A stretch of 64,000 nucleotides of DNA, taken from positions 136,991-200,990 of the IMG/VR virus record IMGVR_UViG_3300029305_004606; one strand, given 5' to 3'. The notes below the pieces were generated by a model that was given only the letters and a program-made list of their open reading frames with translations, did no database searches and was not told where the DNA came from. This document shows positions 18,579 through 28,635 of the stretch, piece after piece. Positions within the stretch are counted from its first letter, which is position 1. Every line of letters starts with the position of its first letter. This stretch comes from a virus. Taxonomy: Duplodnaviria > Caudoviricetes. The position numbers and the translations under genes are program-made.

Positions 18579-21289
18579 TAAACAAGTTCGATATAGATGT
18601 TAGGAACTAATCGATTTGTTTCTTTGTCCTTATGATTCCTAATATTGATAAATTCAGGAACAATTACAGGACTTTCCTCTGATATATTAATAATATGCTG
18701 ATCATCTGCATCAAATCTATTAAAACCAACAAATTCAATGAACCAGATTCTTTCAGAAAATTCATTAATAATATCTCTAATAAGATTAGGAGCGTGCCAA
18801 TCAGAAATATCATTGAGATCTTCAATATAATTCTTAATAGCAAGAGCAACCTCATCTTTAATACTAATATCAGAAGCATCTTTTATAGATAACTTAAATC
18901 TCATAGTAATATCAATATCACCAATAAGAGTACTCTGATCTTCCAGAGAATAAGTTAATGAAGGACCATAAGTATTGAAGAATTTAAAATCAATATTCAT
19001 TGGATTCTCAAGTAAAGCAAGACAATAATTGATATAAGCTTTCTTTTCTTCAATAGCTTCTAATACATAGTTAGCCCCAGCATCAGTATCCAAATAATGT
19101 CTACCAATACAAGGTACACCATTAACGATATAGTCAAATTTATTATCAGAGTCTACATCGATTCTGGTATTTGTAATACTGGTATAATTCTCAAAGAAAT
19201 TAATACCTTCTACAGCTTTATAGATATTAACTACTGTAAAATCACCATAGTCTGGAGCAATCTTATCAATATCCATTCTAGGATGTATAGTAGTATTAGT
19301 TGAATCAAATCTAGCTAATACATAAATTGCAGCTTCTGTATTTTCATCAACGTATCCATAGATCTCATGAGAAGAACCTGCTTCTTTCATACCTAATACT
19401 TTTAATCTATTATGATCATCCATCATATTATCTGTAGCAATTACAGTGTTAAAATTATAGATACCATTATAAGCATTTTCATTATCCCACTCATATTCAC
19501 ATTCTGTCCATCTATAAGGTACACCTTCTCTGTACAATACAAGAACAACTTTAAGATTTTCAGTTTCAATTCTCGAAACGTTTTTAGTTCCATCAGGATT
19601 AGTAACAATTTCTTCTGTAAAGTAATTGAATACTGTTTCATGATCAACGATAGACTGAGCAATACCAAATCTAATATTATAATCAGATTGTTTAGTAATA
19701 ATCTGTCTTGAGAAATGGAATCTATTTGCAATAAACTGTACATCACAAGCATCATTTACATAATCATATACAAAATATGACTGATAATTAAATCCTGTAA
19801 AATAATATGCTGTATATAATGGATCGTGACACACAACGATATTATACAAGCTTGTATAGTAATAATATCCGGAATTGAAATAAGCATCTGAATATAATTC
19901 AGGTATTTCTGCATCACTTACAGGTTCTGCAATCATAGTTGTAGGGTCAAGTTTAAAGAAAGTACCAGCAGGAAGAATATATCTACCATCATCACAAACC
20001 ATTAAGAATATACTATCAAGAGTAATTCTTAAATTAATTGTATTTGTAGGAATAATGTTTCCAAACTCATCTTTCAACAAGTTATAAGCGTACCAAATTC
20101 TTTCTAACTGATTATCTCTTTTCTTTTTCATAACAATACGATTTTCATCAGTATTAATCATATTGAAATAACCCTGTAAATCTGTCTCTGTAGTGATACT
20201 TCCTCTTGACATAGCAGCTTTAGGAATTAACTTCTGAAGTTCTGCTTTAGTTTTCTTATCACTACCACCTTCAGAATCAGTAACTGCTACAAAATAACAA
20301 CTAATAGCTTTGTATCCATACTTATCAGATTCCATATCAACATACAAGCCTTCGGAAGTTCTGTCAATTCCAAGATATTCGAAATTACCAGACTTACCTA
20401 AAGTAGTATATGCTTTAATTTCAATCTGAGTATTTAATCCAGGCATATAAGATTTATTATCAAATGTAATTCTTACAGTATTATCTGCTGTAAAGATATA
20501 CCAACAATAATTCTCAATATCAGGATTAATTACAGATCCATACATATAAGGAGTAACTAAAGTTTCAACTCCGTTATCTGTACAAGTAACTTTGAAGTTA
20601 GCAATTTGATTATCATATTGGAAAGTGTAAGTTTTGTTCTCAATGATAGAATCAGATACCATAGAATCAGTGGTAACTTCTACTGTACATTGTCTGAGAG
20701 TAGCCTGGATACCAAGATACTTTTCAGGACCAATAGTAATAATAAAAGGTTGCTTCAAATAAGGGTTAGTTATATTGCTTAGAGGGTTATAAATCTTATC
20801 TCCATCTTCATCAGTAATAATATACTGAGCTGAATATGAGTAATTATTTGTAGAAATTTTTCTTCTTCTAATCCTTACATCATAATCAAGATGAAATTCA
20901 TAAGTATCAATGAAGATAGGACAATCTGCATCAAGATAGAAGCAGTTTTCATCATTGTACTTTTCAATGTCAGATAACTTAACACAGATAGTTGCTGTAA
21001 TTCTTGCAGGAGTTGCATTGATATCAGTAATACCATGATAAGTAGCATGAGCTAAGACATTTTTTGTAAGGTTTGCTCTTGTAGCAAACATTTCGTTGCC
21101 TAACTGTCCAGCCATAATTGTAGAAGTCTGAATCTTCTTAGCTTCAGTATCAGCAATAAAACCATATATACCGAGAGCTAGAGTAGTCTCATCTTCGTCT
21201 TCAATATATCTAGCTTGAACTTTCTTAACTGAGTCTAATATATCATAGACATCAGTATTGATTGACCAATCAGTAGTCTTCTTTCCCAT
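18578..21289 (-). CDS. Baseplate wedge protein (T4 gp6/J-like)
   Basis: 903 aa; 'NEMFATRA...NVLAHA', 'YTTLGKSGNF', 'SEGGSDKKT..ELQK...SITTETDL' match the gp6/J pattern. Confidence 0.7.
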   Translation of the reverse strand: MGKKTTDWSINTDVYDILDSVKKVQARYIEDEDETTLALGIYGFIADTEAKKIQTSTIMAGQLGNEMFATRANLTKNVLAHATYHGITDINATPARITATICVKLSDIEKYNDENCFYLDADCPIFIDTYEFHLDYDVRIRRRKISTNNYSYSAQYIITDEDGDKIYNPLSNITNPYLKQPFIITIGPEKYLGIQATLRQCTVEVTTDSMVSDSIIENKTYTFQYDNQIANFKVTCTDNGVETLVTPYMYGSVINPDIENYCWYIFTADNTVRITFDNKSYMPGLNTQIEIKAYTTLGKSGNFEYLGIDRTSEGLYVDMESDKYGYKAISCYFVAVTDSEGGSDKKTKAELQKLIPKAAMSRGSITTETDLQGYFNMINTDENRIVMKKKRDNQLERIWYAYNLLKDEFGNIIPTNTINLRITLDSIFLMVCDDGRYILPAGTFFKLDPTTMIAEPVSDAEIPELYSDAYFNSGYYYYTSLYNIVVCHDPLYTAYYFTGFNYQSYFVYDYVNDACDVQFIANRFHFSRQIITKQSDYNIRFGIAQSIVDHETVFNYFTEEIVTNPDGTKNVSRIETENLKVVLVLYREGVPYRWTECEYEWDNENAYNGIYNFNTVIATDNMMDDHNRLKVLGMKEAGSSHEIYGYVDENTEAAIYVLARFDSTNTTIHPRMDIDKIAPDYGDFTVVNIYKAVEGINFFENYTSITNTRIDVDSDNKFDYIVNGVPCIGRHYLDTDAGANYVLEAIEEKKAYINYCLALLENPMNIDFKFFNTYGPSLTYSLEDQSTLIGDIDITMRFKLSIKDASDISIKDEVALAIKNYIEDLNDISDWHAPNLIRDIINEFSERIWFIEFVGFNRFDADDQHIINISEESPVIVPEFINIRNHKDKETNRLVPNIYIELV

Positions 21290-22434
21290 TATACAACGTC
21301 ATCTCCTCTCCATTTAAGTTTATATACATATCCAGTAGGAGAAGCTTTAGCAGCTTCTGTATCTGTTTCCTTTACAATATAAGCTGCTCTAGCAGGTCTC
21401 ATATCAGCATGATCTAAAACTCTATTATGAGGTGTAATCTGATAAGGCTGAGCATTATAATAAGGAAGCGACAAATTATTAAAGTCAGCAATAATATCAG
21501 GTCTCATATCTTCGTAGAATGCTGCTCTGAAATCAACACTATATGAAATACCATTGTCAAAGTTAGGATTTGAAAATACATCTCTAGGAAGAGATTTAGG
21601 TACCACACCATACATCTTTCCATAATAAATAATAGTTTCCATATCCTCATCTACAATGAATTTATAGATAGCAAACTGATCATGTAAGATCTTGTTTACT
21701 GTGTAATACTTACTGGGAGCTATTACACCATGATGTTTCAAAGTTTCATATTCCTCATAAGCTTTGAAAAACATATAGGTATCTAAATACCTTGTATCCT
21801 TAAACTCAAGAGAAAATTCAGGGTTATCATCTGATGCTTCAGATGATCCCCTATATGAATATCCAACACCATACATATTAGTTGGAGTATCGATCATTTC
21901 AGAATTCAATGCAGGTACATCAAGATTTGATATAACCTGGTTCTGTAACAGGTGATTGAAAGGATCTGCTGAGCCGACAGATAATTGTAAAGATTTGAGA
22001 GTTGTATCTTTTCTTGTATTAAACAAGTCTACCCAAAAAGGAATATCTGCCAATGCAGCATTAAGTTCACTGGTCTTAAGTACAACGCCATTATCATCCA
22101 TTGGTAAAATATGCAAATCGGGTCTAGTGAAGAATAAATATTCTCTAGCTGTAGATATTGCTCCATATGGATTCGTTAAACCGAATCTAAATGTCTTATG
22201 ATGTAATGCATTTTTGATCTCATTTCTTTCAAAAATATTTGCACCATGCATTGCAGCTTTAAGCATAGAAGAATTACTTATACCTGATCTGTCAGTGATA
22301 TTGTTTAATATATCATCTCCAGTTAATATAGTTGATGCTCCGCCATCATCATGTGATTCAGGCACAGGTAAAGGTTTCTTAATATTTTCATCTCCATTTT
22401 GCCCTCTTGTTACATCTTTTGATCTTGTTGGCAT
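21289..22434 (-). CDS. Baseplate/tail-tube-like virion protein
   Basis: 381 aa; 'YLFFTRPDL', 'FSLEFKD', 'YGVVPKSLP...YSVDF' tube-like pattern; translationally coupled to the wedge gene. Confidence 0.55.
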   Translation of the reverse strand: MPTRSKDVTRGQNGDENIKKPLPVPESHDDGGASTILTGDDILNNITDRSGISNSSMLKAAMHGANIFERNEIKNALHHKTFRFGLTNPYGAISTAREYLFFTRPDLHILPMDDNGVVLKTSELNAALADIPFWVDLFNTRKDTTLKSLQLSVGSADPFNHLLQNQVISNLDVPALNSEMIDTPTNMYGVGYSYRGSSEASDDNPEFSLEFKDTRYLDTYMFFKAYEEYETLKHHGVIAPSKYYTVNKILHDQFAIYKFIVDEDMETIIYYGKMYGVVPKSLPRDVFSNPNFDNGISYSVDFRAAFYEDMRPDIIADFNNLSLPYYNAQPYQITPHNRVLDHADMRPARAAYIVKETDTEAAKASPTGYVYKLKWRGDDVV

Positions 22435-22461
22435 TATCTTAATCCTCCTTTCCGTAAGAAT

Positions 22462-22473
22462 TATAGTAATGTT
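22462..22473 (-). promoter_or_regulatory. Late promoter AACA-N6-TA
   Basis: Minus strand AACA-TTACTA-TA. Confidence 0.65.
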
Positions 22474-22500
22474 TGCAGATTACCAAATCTACAGATGATT

Positions 22501-22517
22501 ATATAATATAATAATGA
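22501..22517 (+). promoter_or_regulatory. Early (virion-RNAP-type) promoter
   Basis: ATATAATATA-ATAA-TGA. Confidence 0.5.
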
Positions 22518-22675
22518 AACAAGAGATAATTATTCTATTTTTATAAGATTTTTAACCTATAATTTCTTTGAATAAAGTGTACTGTATAATCTCAATTTAG
22601 ACTATTATAACTCTCCCCTCACCTTAAAGTTGTGCTTAAACTAAGCATTAAATTTTATTAGGTGGAGGTGTTGTA

Positions 22676-22867
22676 ATGGGTGTAGATAGAAGATTAATCC
22701 AGAGTGTTATGAACCATTCTGTAGTCGAAGAATTTCTTATCGGAAAGGATAAAAAAGATGGATATATGATCATGAAACCACAAGTAGATTTTAAGATCAA
22801 TGCTGATATAAACTGGGACAAAAAATGTGCTAGTTTAAGCATACAATTTAAGTTATTTTTCATCTAA
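22676..22867 (+). CDS. Small hypothetical protein, RBS sequestered in a hairpin
   Basis: 63 aa; GGAGGTG SD pairs with upstream CTCCCCTCACC. Confidence 0.55.
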   Translation: MGVDRRLIQSVMNHSVVEEFLIGKDKKDGYMIMKPQVDFKINADINWDKKCASLSIQFKLFFI

Positions 22868-22902
22868 ATAGAGCCTAAAATTACAGAACACTTTATTTTT
22901 TG

Positions 22903-22914
22903 AACACTCATATA
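22903..22914 (+). promoter_or_regulatory. Late promoter AACA-N6-TA
   Basis: AACA-CTCATA-TA. Confidence 0.65.
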
Positions 22915-22941
22915 AATATTACCGAAAAGGAGGGTAAATCA

Positions 22942-24474
22942 ATGCATAGTGTGTTGAATGAAGGTAGCTTTATGGATGCCATTACTAGCGTTGCAAGTGA
23001 CGTAGCTAAGGATGCTAAAGAAGCTAGAGATAAGAACAAATCGACATACATGTATGGTTCTATTTCTAAGTATACTCAGAAATTAATCTTGAGCTTTCCT
23101 ACCATTTGTGATAATACTATTCCAATGAGTACTGCACAGATGATCAGTAAAGCACATGAGAAGAACCTGGTATCCATGTTTGAGATGCTGTTCACTTCTA
23201 TGTCTTTATCCGGAAACAATGGTATTGAAATCTTAAAAGCTTTACATCACAATTTGAATGATAATGCAAGTATTGACGATATTATTGATGCAATCGAAAA
23301 AGCTGTAGGTGAGGCAGGTTGTCCTTTTACTAAGGCTGAAATTAGAGATATCGTAAATGAAATGTGTTATGATCTTAAATACAAGCAGAAATCTCTGCCT
23401 GTAGATTCTTTCTCTGAAAGATCTCTTGGTGATTATCTTGTAAGAGAATCTTATTCTGGTACTGTAGTTATGGAAGCTCCACAGCCTAAGACTCATACTC
23501 AGCAGGATGTAGATGATGCTTATCAGAGAGGTAAGAAGGAAGTTGAACAGGGATATGCTGGTAACAAAGATCGTAGAGATCAGGAAAGATATGAAAGAGA
23601 AAAGAAATCTTGGGAATCTAATGATCCCAAGGATACTGATCAGACTGTAGAACGTCATCGTAAAGAAGATGCTGAGCGTCGTCAGAAAGAAAGAGAAGAA
23701 GATGCTAAGGCTAGAGAAGCTGATATTAAGCGTCGTCAGAAAGAAAGAGAAGAAGATGCTAAGCAGAGAAACTTTGAAAATGAAGTTAGACTTGCTCAGT
23801 CTCGTGTAAAAGATGTTGATTACAAGAAGGCTAATGAACTTCAGCCTACTCTTATGACTGTTGCTTACACTGAACTTGGTCCTGATAATAAAACTGTTAT
23901 CGGTAAGAAAGCATTTGTTGCTGGTATCAAATCTCGTATGGTTGGTTCTGATGCTATGGAAATTGTTGAAAGACTTTCTGCTACAGCTAAGAACAAACTT
24001 ACTTTCAAGGATCTTATTCGTGCAACTACCGGTGAAATTTCTTTAGTAAAAGATTTTATTGCTGCTACCAAGCAGGCTAAGATCAATGCTAGAAATGCTG
24101 CTAAGCGTGGAGAAACTGCTAAGATGTGGAATCTCTTATCAGCTAGAGCTAAGAAGAATAAAGTTACTGGTACTGGTATGAGATCTAATGAAGCAGCTTC
24201 TATTACAACTCTGATTATCAATCAGGAAACTGTAAACTTCTTGGCTGCAAATTATAAGCTTAACTTAGATTCTCCTAAGGAAGCTGCAGAAATTATGGAT
24301 GCTTTCAATTTGTTAGCATTAGTAATTGCTGATGAAGCTAATGAGGTTGCTAAGTTCTTATATGACGGAAATAATAGCTTTGAAATGCTTGCATACTCTA
24401 GCTTATCTAAAGATATGAGAGATGACAAGAATTACAACAAAGCTATCAATCTGATTAATAAATCCGGGAGGTAA
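22942..24474 (+). CDS. Virion (head) structural protein
   Basis: Start re-assigned to the ATG after the AAGGAGG SD; LNE-G, VRE-S and VME-A sites; charged insert with an internal repeat. Confidence 0.65.
   Translation: MHSVLNEGSFMDAITSVASDVAKDAKEARDKNKSTYMYGSISKYTQKLILSFPTICDNTIPMSTAQMISKAHEKNLVSMFEMLFTSMSLSGNNGIEILKALHHNLNDNASIDDIIDAIEKAVGEAGCPFTKAEIRDIVNEMCYDLKYKQKSLPVDSFSERSLGDYLVRESYSGTVVMEAPQPKTHTQQDVDDAYQRGKKEVEQGYAGNKDRRDQERYEREKKSWESNDPKDTDQTVERHRKEDAERRQKEREEDAKAREADIKRRQKEREEDAKQRNFENEVRLAQSRVKDVDYKKANELQPTLMTVAYTELGPDNKTVIGKKAFVAGIKSRMVGSDAMEIVERLSATAKNKLTFKDLIRATTGEISLVKDFIAATKQAKINARNAAKRGETAKMWNLLSARAKKNKVTGTGMRSNEAASITTLIINQETVNFLAANYKLNLDSPKEAAEIMDAFNLLALVIADEANEVAKFLYDGNNSFEMLAYSSLSKDMRDDKNYNKAINLINKSGR
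23675..23763 (+). repeat. In-frame 35-bp direct repeat, 54-bp period (RRQKEREEDAK x2)
   Basis: AGCGTCGTCAGAAAGAAAGAGAAGAAGATGCTAAG at 23675 and 23729. Confidence 0.85.
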
Positions 24475-24480
24475 CTAACG

Positions 24481-26124
24481 ATGATTTTAAACGAATATAA
24501 TCAGATTGTCAATGAACACTTTGACTTATCTGACAATTATACTCGTCGATTCATTGCTAGTCTTAACGAAAGTGGACAGGAGCAGCTTATCGCTGCTCTT
24601 TCTTCTGCTTTATATGAAAAGATTGTAGCAAAAGTTGACGAAATCGATTTTGGTACTATCCCTCAGTCTAGAGGTGATATTACAAAGGTTCAAGGATTTG
24701 TAAATACTGAGCAGTGTATTGATATTATTAGAAAGCTGGTTATTCAGTATAATCAGAAGACTGATATTATTGATTCTATTATTACTGCTATTAGTAATAT
24801 CAAAGACAGAAAGAATCTGTTCACAAAGGCATTTGCTATTAAAGCAGATATGCCTGTTATGATCTACAATTTGATGGTATTAGCTGTTGAGAGATCTGTA
24901 TCTCTTATTATTGCTACCTGTATTCAGTTTGTTAAGGACCCTCAGTCTTCAAATGTAAAGACAGCCCTTGATAAAGTTGCATATGAGAAAACAATGGATG
25001 ATATGCTTTTCAAGCAGCTTATTACTTTCAATGCATTATGTAAGACCGGTACAATGGATAAGACCCTCAACAGTTCTATGAAATCGAATACTGTTCATGA
25101 AGAAGTAGATATTGTAGGATCTGTTCTTGGTAGAGAAGATAATGGTGAGATTGGAAGTGGAGAAGAAAAAACTCCTGAAGTAAATGCATTTGCTCCGGAT
25201 AACACTGCATCTATCTTTGGTGATTCTGAAGCTGAGCCTGTTGCTACTCCTGAAGATGATAACAAAGATGATGAAAAATTCGATGTATATAATCCGGCTA
25301 ACAAACCTGAAATCAATCCTGCTACTCCTCCTGTTTCTATTGAAGAACCTGAAGGATCTAAGGTTACTTTTGATGATAATGGAATTGATAAGGAAAAAGA
25401 TTATCAGGGACTTCCTGGTACTTTGGTAGCAAGAATGGCTAAAATTATTATTCCTGGAAAACCTGAAGAACCTAAGCCGGAAGAAGTTGAATCTCCTAAT
25501 GATGGAGTAGAACCTGAAAATATTCCTGCAGTTACTCATGATGATGAAGATCCGTCTGTAATGGACGAACCTATTACTGAAGATGAACTCCAGGAAGGTG
25601 TATTAGGTGATTTGACCAATACTACAAGAGGAAAAATTGTTGATGCAGTTAGATCTTACAGTGGAGCTGATAAGAACGATAATACTATGACTGTTATTGG
25701 CAAGACTCTTAAAACTCTTGGTCAGAGAAATAAGAAAATCTTTGCAGTAGGTGGAATTATTGCAGGTGTAATTGCACTTCCTTTTGCAGTTGTAAAGATT
25801 ATTATTCCTTTTATCAGAGGATGCGTATATTACTTCTATTATACTAAGATGAAAGTATCTGATTATCTTGAGATTCAGGCTGAGCTTATTGAAGCTAATG
25901 CTAATGATCTTGAGAATTCTACCGATTCTGAATTAACAGAAGAAAAGAAAGCTAAAGTTGCTGAAAGACAGCGTAAGTGGGCTGACAGACTTCGTAAGTG
26001 GGCTAATGCTTTTGCTATCGATCATAAACAGGCAACTAATGCTGCTAAGAAAGAGGCTGACAAAGACTCAAAAGAGAAGAAAACTGTTCGTAAGGATGAA
26101 GATGGAGACGACAGTATCTTCTAG
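24481..26124 (+). CDS. Virion head protein with acidic linker and C-terminal transmembrane-like segment
   Basis: 547 aa; 'LQE-G' followed later by 'KKIFAVGGIIAGVIALPFAVVKIIIPFI'. Confidence 0.65.
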   Translation: MILNEYNQIVNEHFDLSDNYTRRFIASLNESGQEQLIAALSSALYEKIVAKVDEIDFGTIPQSRGDITKVQGFVNTEQCIDIIRKLVIQYNQKTDIIDSIITAISNIKDRKNLFTKAFAIKADMPVMIYNLMVLAVERSVSLIIATCIQFVKDPQSSNVKTALDKVAYEKTMDDMLFKQLITFNALCKTGTMDKTLNSSMKSNTVHEEVDIVGSVLGREDNGEIGSGEEKTPEVNAFAPDNTASIFGDSEAEPVATPEDDNKDDEKFDVYNPANKPEINPATPPVSIEEPEGSKVTFDDNGIDKEKDYQGLPGTLVARMAKIIIPGKPEEPKPEEVESPNDGVEPENIPAVTHDDEDPSVMDEPITEDELQEGVLGDLTNTTRGKIVDAVRSYSGADKNDNTMTVIGKTLKTLGQRNKKIFAVGGIIAGVIALPFAVVKIIIPFIRGCVYYFYYTKMKVSDYLEIQAELIEANANDLENSTDSELTEEKKAKVAERQRKWADRLRKWANAFAIDHKQATNAAKKEADKDSKEKKTVRKDEDGDDSIF

Positions 26125-26147
26125 TATCTAAACTGGAGGTAATGATT

Positions 26148-28541
26148 ATGAGTGATACTCAATTATTATCTTTCGTTGGAGAATCTGCTAGACCTTATAA
26201 GTCTATGACTGAAGGTGAAGCTTCTAATTATATGGAAGAGCTCAATAATATATCTGAAGGTACCCGGAATATCTATAGAAATAATATTAGAGCTCTCCGT
26301 GAAGAAGCTGAATACGAATTAGATTCTATTCAGTGTAATTTTAGAAGTTTCATTACAGAGTCTGATGATATGAATGATACAGAAGAAGAAAAACTTAAGG
26401 CTATAGAGGATAAAAAGTCCTCTATGGTCAAAAGTTTTATAGATCGTATTTTCGACAATTCTAATTCTATCAAAAGAATCTCCGCGAAAGCAAATGATGA
26501 AGCAATTAATATGATATCTGCAGATAGAAAAACTTTCAAAAACTTTTTATCTGCTCTTAGAGATAAGAAAAATCTTGAAGGTTTTAAAGGTATTAAGGAT
26601 TTTGTATTCCCTGGAGATAAGTTCGATGATTGTATCAAACTTGTTATCGATCAAACTGATACTGTTGTTAATCTTCATAGAAAGTATATGAATTATTTCT
26701 TACAAGCTTCTTCTTTAGAATCATTAAAGAGATATTATAAGCTTTATGATGAAGAAATGATGGTTGAAATTGCAGATAAAATAGATATCAAACTTAATAC
26801 AGAACTTAAGGTAAAAACTCCAAGATGGACACCAACAATAAAAGATCTTTCTTTTATGATCAGATTTGTAAATAATCCATCTGTTATTACTTGTTCTATT
26901 GCTGATGGTTGTAGACATGCAATTGGTAATCTGAACAAGTTAACTCATAATAGCGAAATATTATTTCGTAAAGTAAATGGAGAATCTGATCTTGATATGA
27001 TCAGATTAAATTATATGTATAGATGTACAAGTTATGCTAACAGACAAATCGGATCTATTTTCTTTCAATTCAAAGATCTTACTATTAGAGAAATTGCAGC
27101 TTATAGAAAGTCTGTAATGATTGCTGGTAGATATGCTAATGATAAGAAGGACAAGAGAACTCGTTCTGTAAAAGAATGGGCTATCATGGAAGATGTAATG
27201 TCATCTGCTTCTGATTTATATGTCTTTGATAAATTATCCGGACCATGTTTTGATACATCTATGAATAATATTATTGAATCTGAAACATCGATTATGTCAG
27301 AAACAATCAATATTATGGTTGAGAAAATTGTATCTTATTTAACAGAAGAATCGGAAGGATCACAATCTAAGATTGATTATTTTGAAGAATTAAAGGATGC
27401 ATTTGCCAGAGGACAAGAAAATGCTTCAAAATTCTTTGAAGATGAAATTCAAAGATTTAGTGCAGAATTTGATGATTCTAAATGTAGATACTTTATTAAT
27501 CCTCCAATGATTAATAGTATTGGCAAAGATCATATTCTTGGTTATGTTCATTCTTATGATAAATTGGGAAATGTAAAACCTACTGAAAGATGTGTCAATA
27601 TTATTGCTCAGATGTGCCATATATTTGAAAATCTTAATAAAGATCAGATGTCTGGTAGTAGAGCTTGTGAATTAATATCTAAAGATATTATCAGAAATAT
27701 TTCTGGTATGGAAACAAGATCTATGGAAGATATTGATGAGCATTATAAAGAATATCTTACAGGACATATTGTCAAGGTTGATAAATTCTGGTTAGAAAGA
27801 AATCTTCAGCATATAACTAGAGTTATTTCTGGTGACGAACTTATGGATGTATTAAAAGAGATGGAGTATATGGAGAAATTAATTCGTGCAGGTGCTCAAT
27901 ATGCTATTGAACATTCTATGGATCATGAAGATATTTCGAATACTCTGAATATTTCTCATTACTCTCTCATTACAAGTTGTATGAATACTATGCATAAATG
28001 TAATGCTATAATTCTCGATGTATATTATAGACAATTTGTAGAGTATAAGAATATTATATCTCGTTTGAATCATTATTGTCCTGAATTATCAGAAGATCAA
28101 AGAACAATTGATAATAAAATGTCTCATTTTGATATGAAACCTACAGAATTAGCACTGACGTCTACCAAAAAGAATGATTCTGCTGATTCAGTAGAATTTC
28201 AGAATAAAAATATCGCTAAAGCTGTTCAAGAAGCAGGTTTAGATGATCTGAAACAGAAAGTTGCTAATATGGGAGATAAAGTTTCTCAAATTGGTACTGC
28301 TTTCCAAAATATCAAATCAAAAGCTGCAGATGCTGCTCATAAAGTAATTGATGCTGCTGTAGGTAATAATAATCCTAGTAGTCCTAACGGTTCTATTGCT
28401 AGTAAAGCTGTAGATTTTATTAAAGGTGCTAAGGAAAAAGTTAGCGGATTTGTAAGTAATGTAAAAGATAAAGTTGCTGACAAAGTAAGCAATGTAAAAG
28501 ACTTTATTACTGACAAAATTGATATTATGAAGAATAATTAA
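26148..28541 (+). CDS. Putative inner-head polyprotein
   Basis: ~797 aa, clusters of xxE-(S/A/G) sites; amphipathic repeat tail after 'VQE-A'. Confidence 0.6.
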   Translation: MSDTQLLSFVGESARPYKSMTEGEASNYMEELNNISEGTRNIYRNNIRALREEAEYELDSIQCNFRSFITESDDMNDTEEEKLKAIEDKKSSMVKSFIDRIFDNSNSIKRISAKANDEAINMISADRKTFKNFLSALRDKKNLEGFKGIKDFVFPGDKFDDCIKLVIDQTDTVVNLHRKYMNYFLQASSLESLKRYYKLYDEEMMVEIADKIDIKLNTELKVKTPRWTPTIKDLSFMIRFVNNPSVITCSIADGCRHAIGNLNKLTHNSEILFRKVNGESDLDMIRLNYMYRCTSYANRQIGSIFFQFKDLTIREIAAYRKSVMIAGRYANDKKDKRTRSVKEWAIMEDVMSSASDLYVFDKLSGPCFDTSMNNIIESETSIMSETINIMVEKIVSYLTEESEGSQSKIDYFEELKDAFARGQENASKFFEDEIQRFSAEFDDSKCRYFINPPMINSIGKDHILGYVHSYDKLGNVKPTERCVNIIAQMCHIFENLNKDQMSGSRACELISKDIIRNISGMETRSMEDIDEHYKEYLTGHIVKVDKFWLERNLQHITRVISGDELMDVLKEMEYMEKLIRAGAQYAIEHSMDHEDISNTLNISHYSLITSCMNTMHKCNAIILDVYYRQFVEYKNIISRLNHYCPELSEDQRTIDNKMSHFDMKPTELALTSTKKNDSADSVEFQNKNIAKAVQEAGLDDLKQKVANMGDKVSQIGTAFQNIKSKAADAAHKVIDAAVGNNNPSSPNGSIASKAVDFIKGAKEKVSGFVSNVKDKVADKVSNVKDFITDKIDIMKNN

Positions 28542-28554
28542 GTTTCAGAAGAAA

Positions 28555-28566
28555 AACATTATTATA
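28555..28566 (+). promoter_or_regulatory. Late promoter AACA-N6-TA
   Basis: AACA-TTATTA-TA. Confidence 0.65.
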
Positions 28567-28569
28567 AAT

Positions 28570-28619
28570 GAGATTATTCTGCGGTAGGTAGGAATAGTCT
28601 TCCTACCTACCAATTTTTT
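28570..28619 (+). promoter_or_regulatory. Terminator hairpin with a mutually exclusive anti-terminator (attenuator-like)
   Basis: GGTAGGTAGGA/TCCTACCTACC plus T6, versus GAGATTATTCT/GGAATAGTCTT. Confidence 0.45.
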
Positions 28620-28635
28620 AAAGGAGGTTATAATC

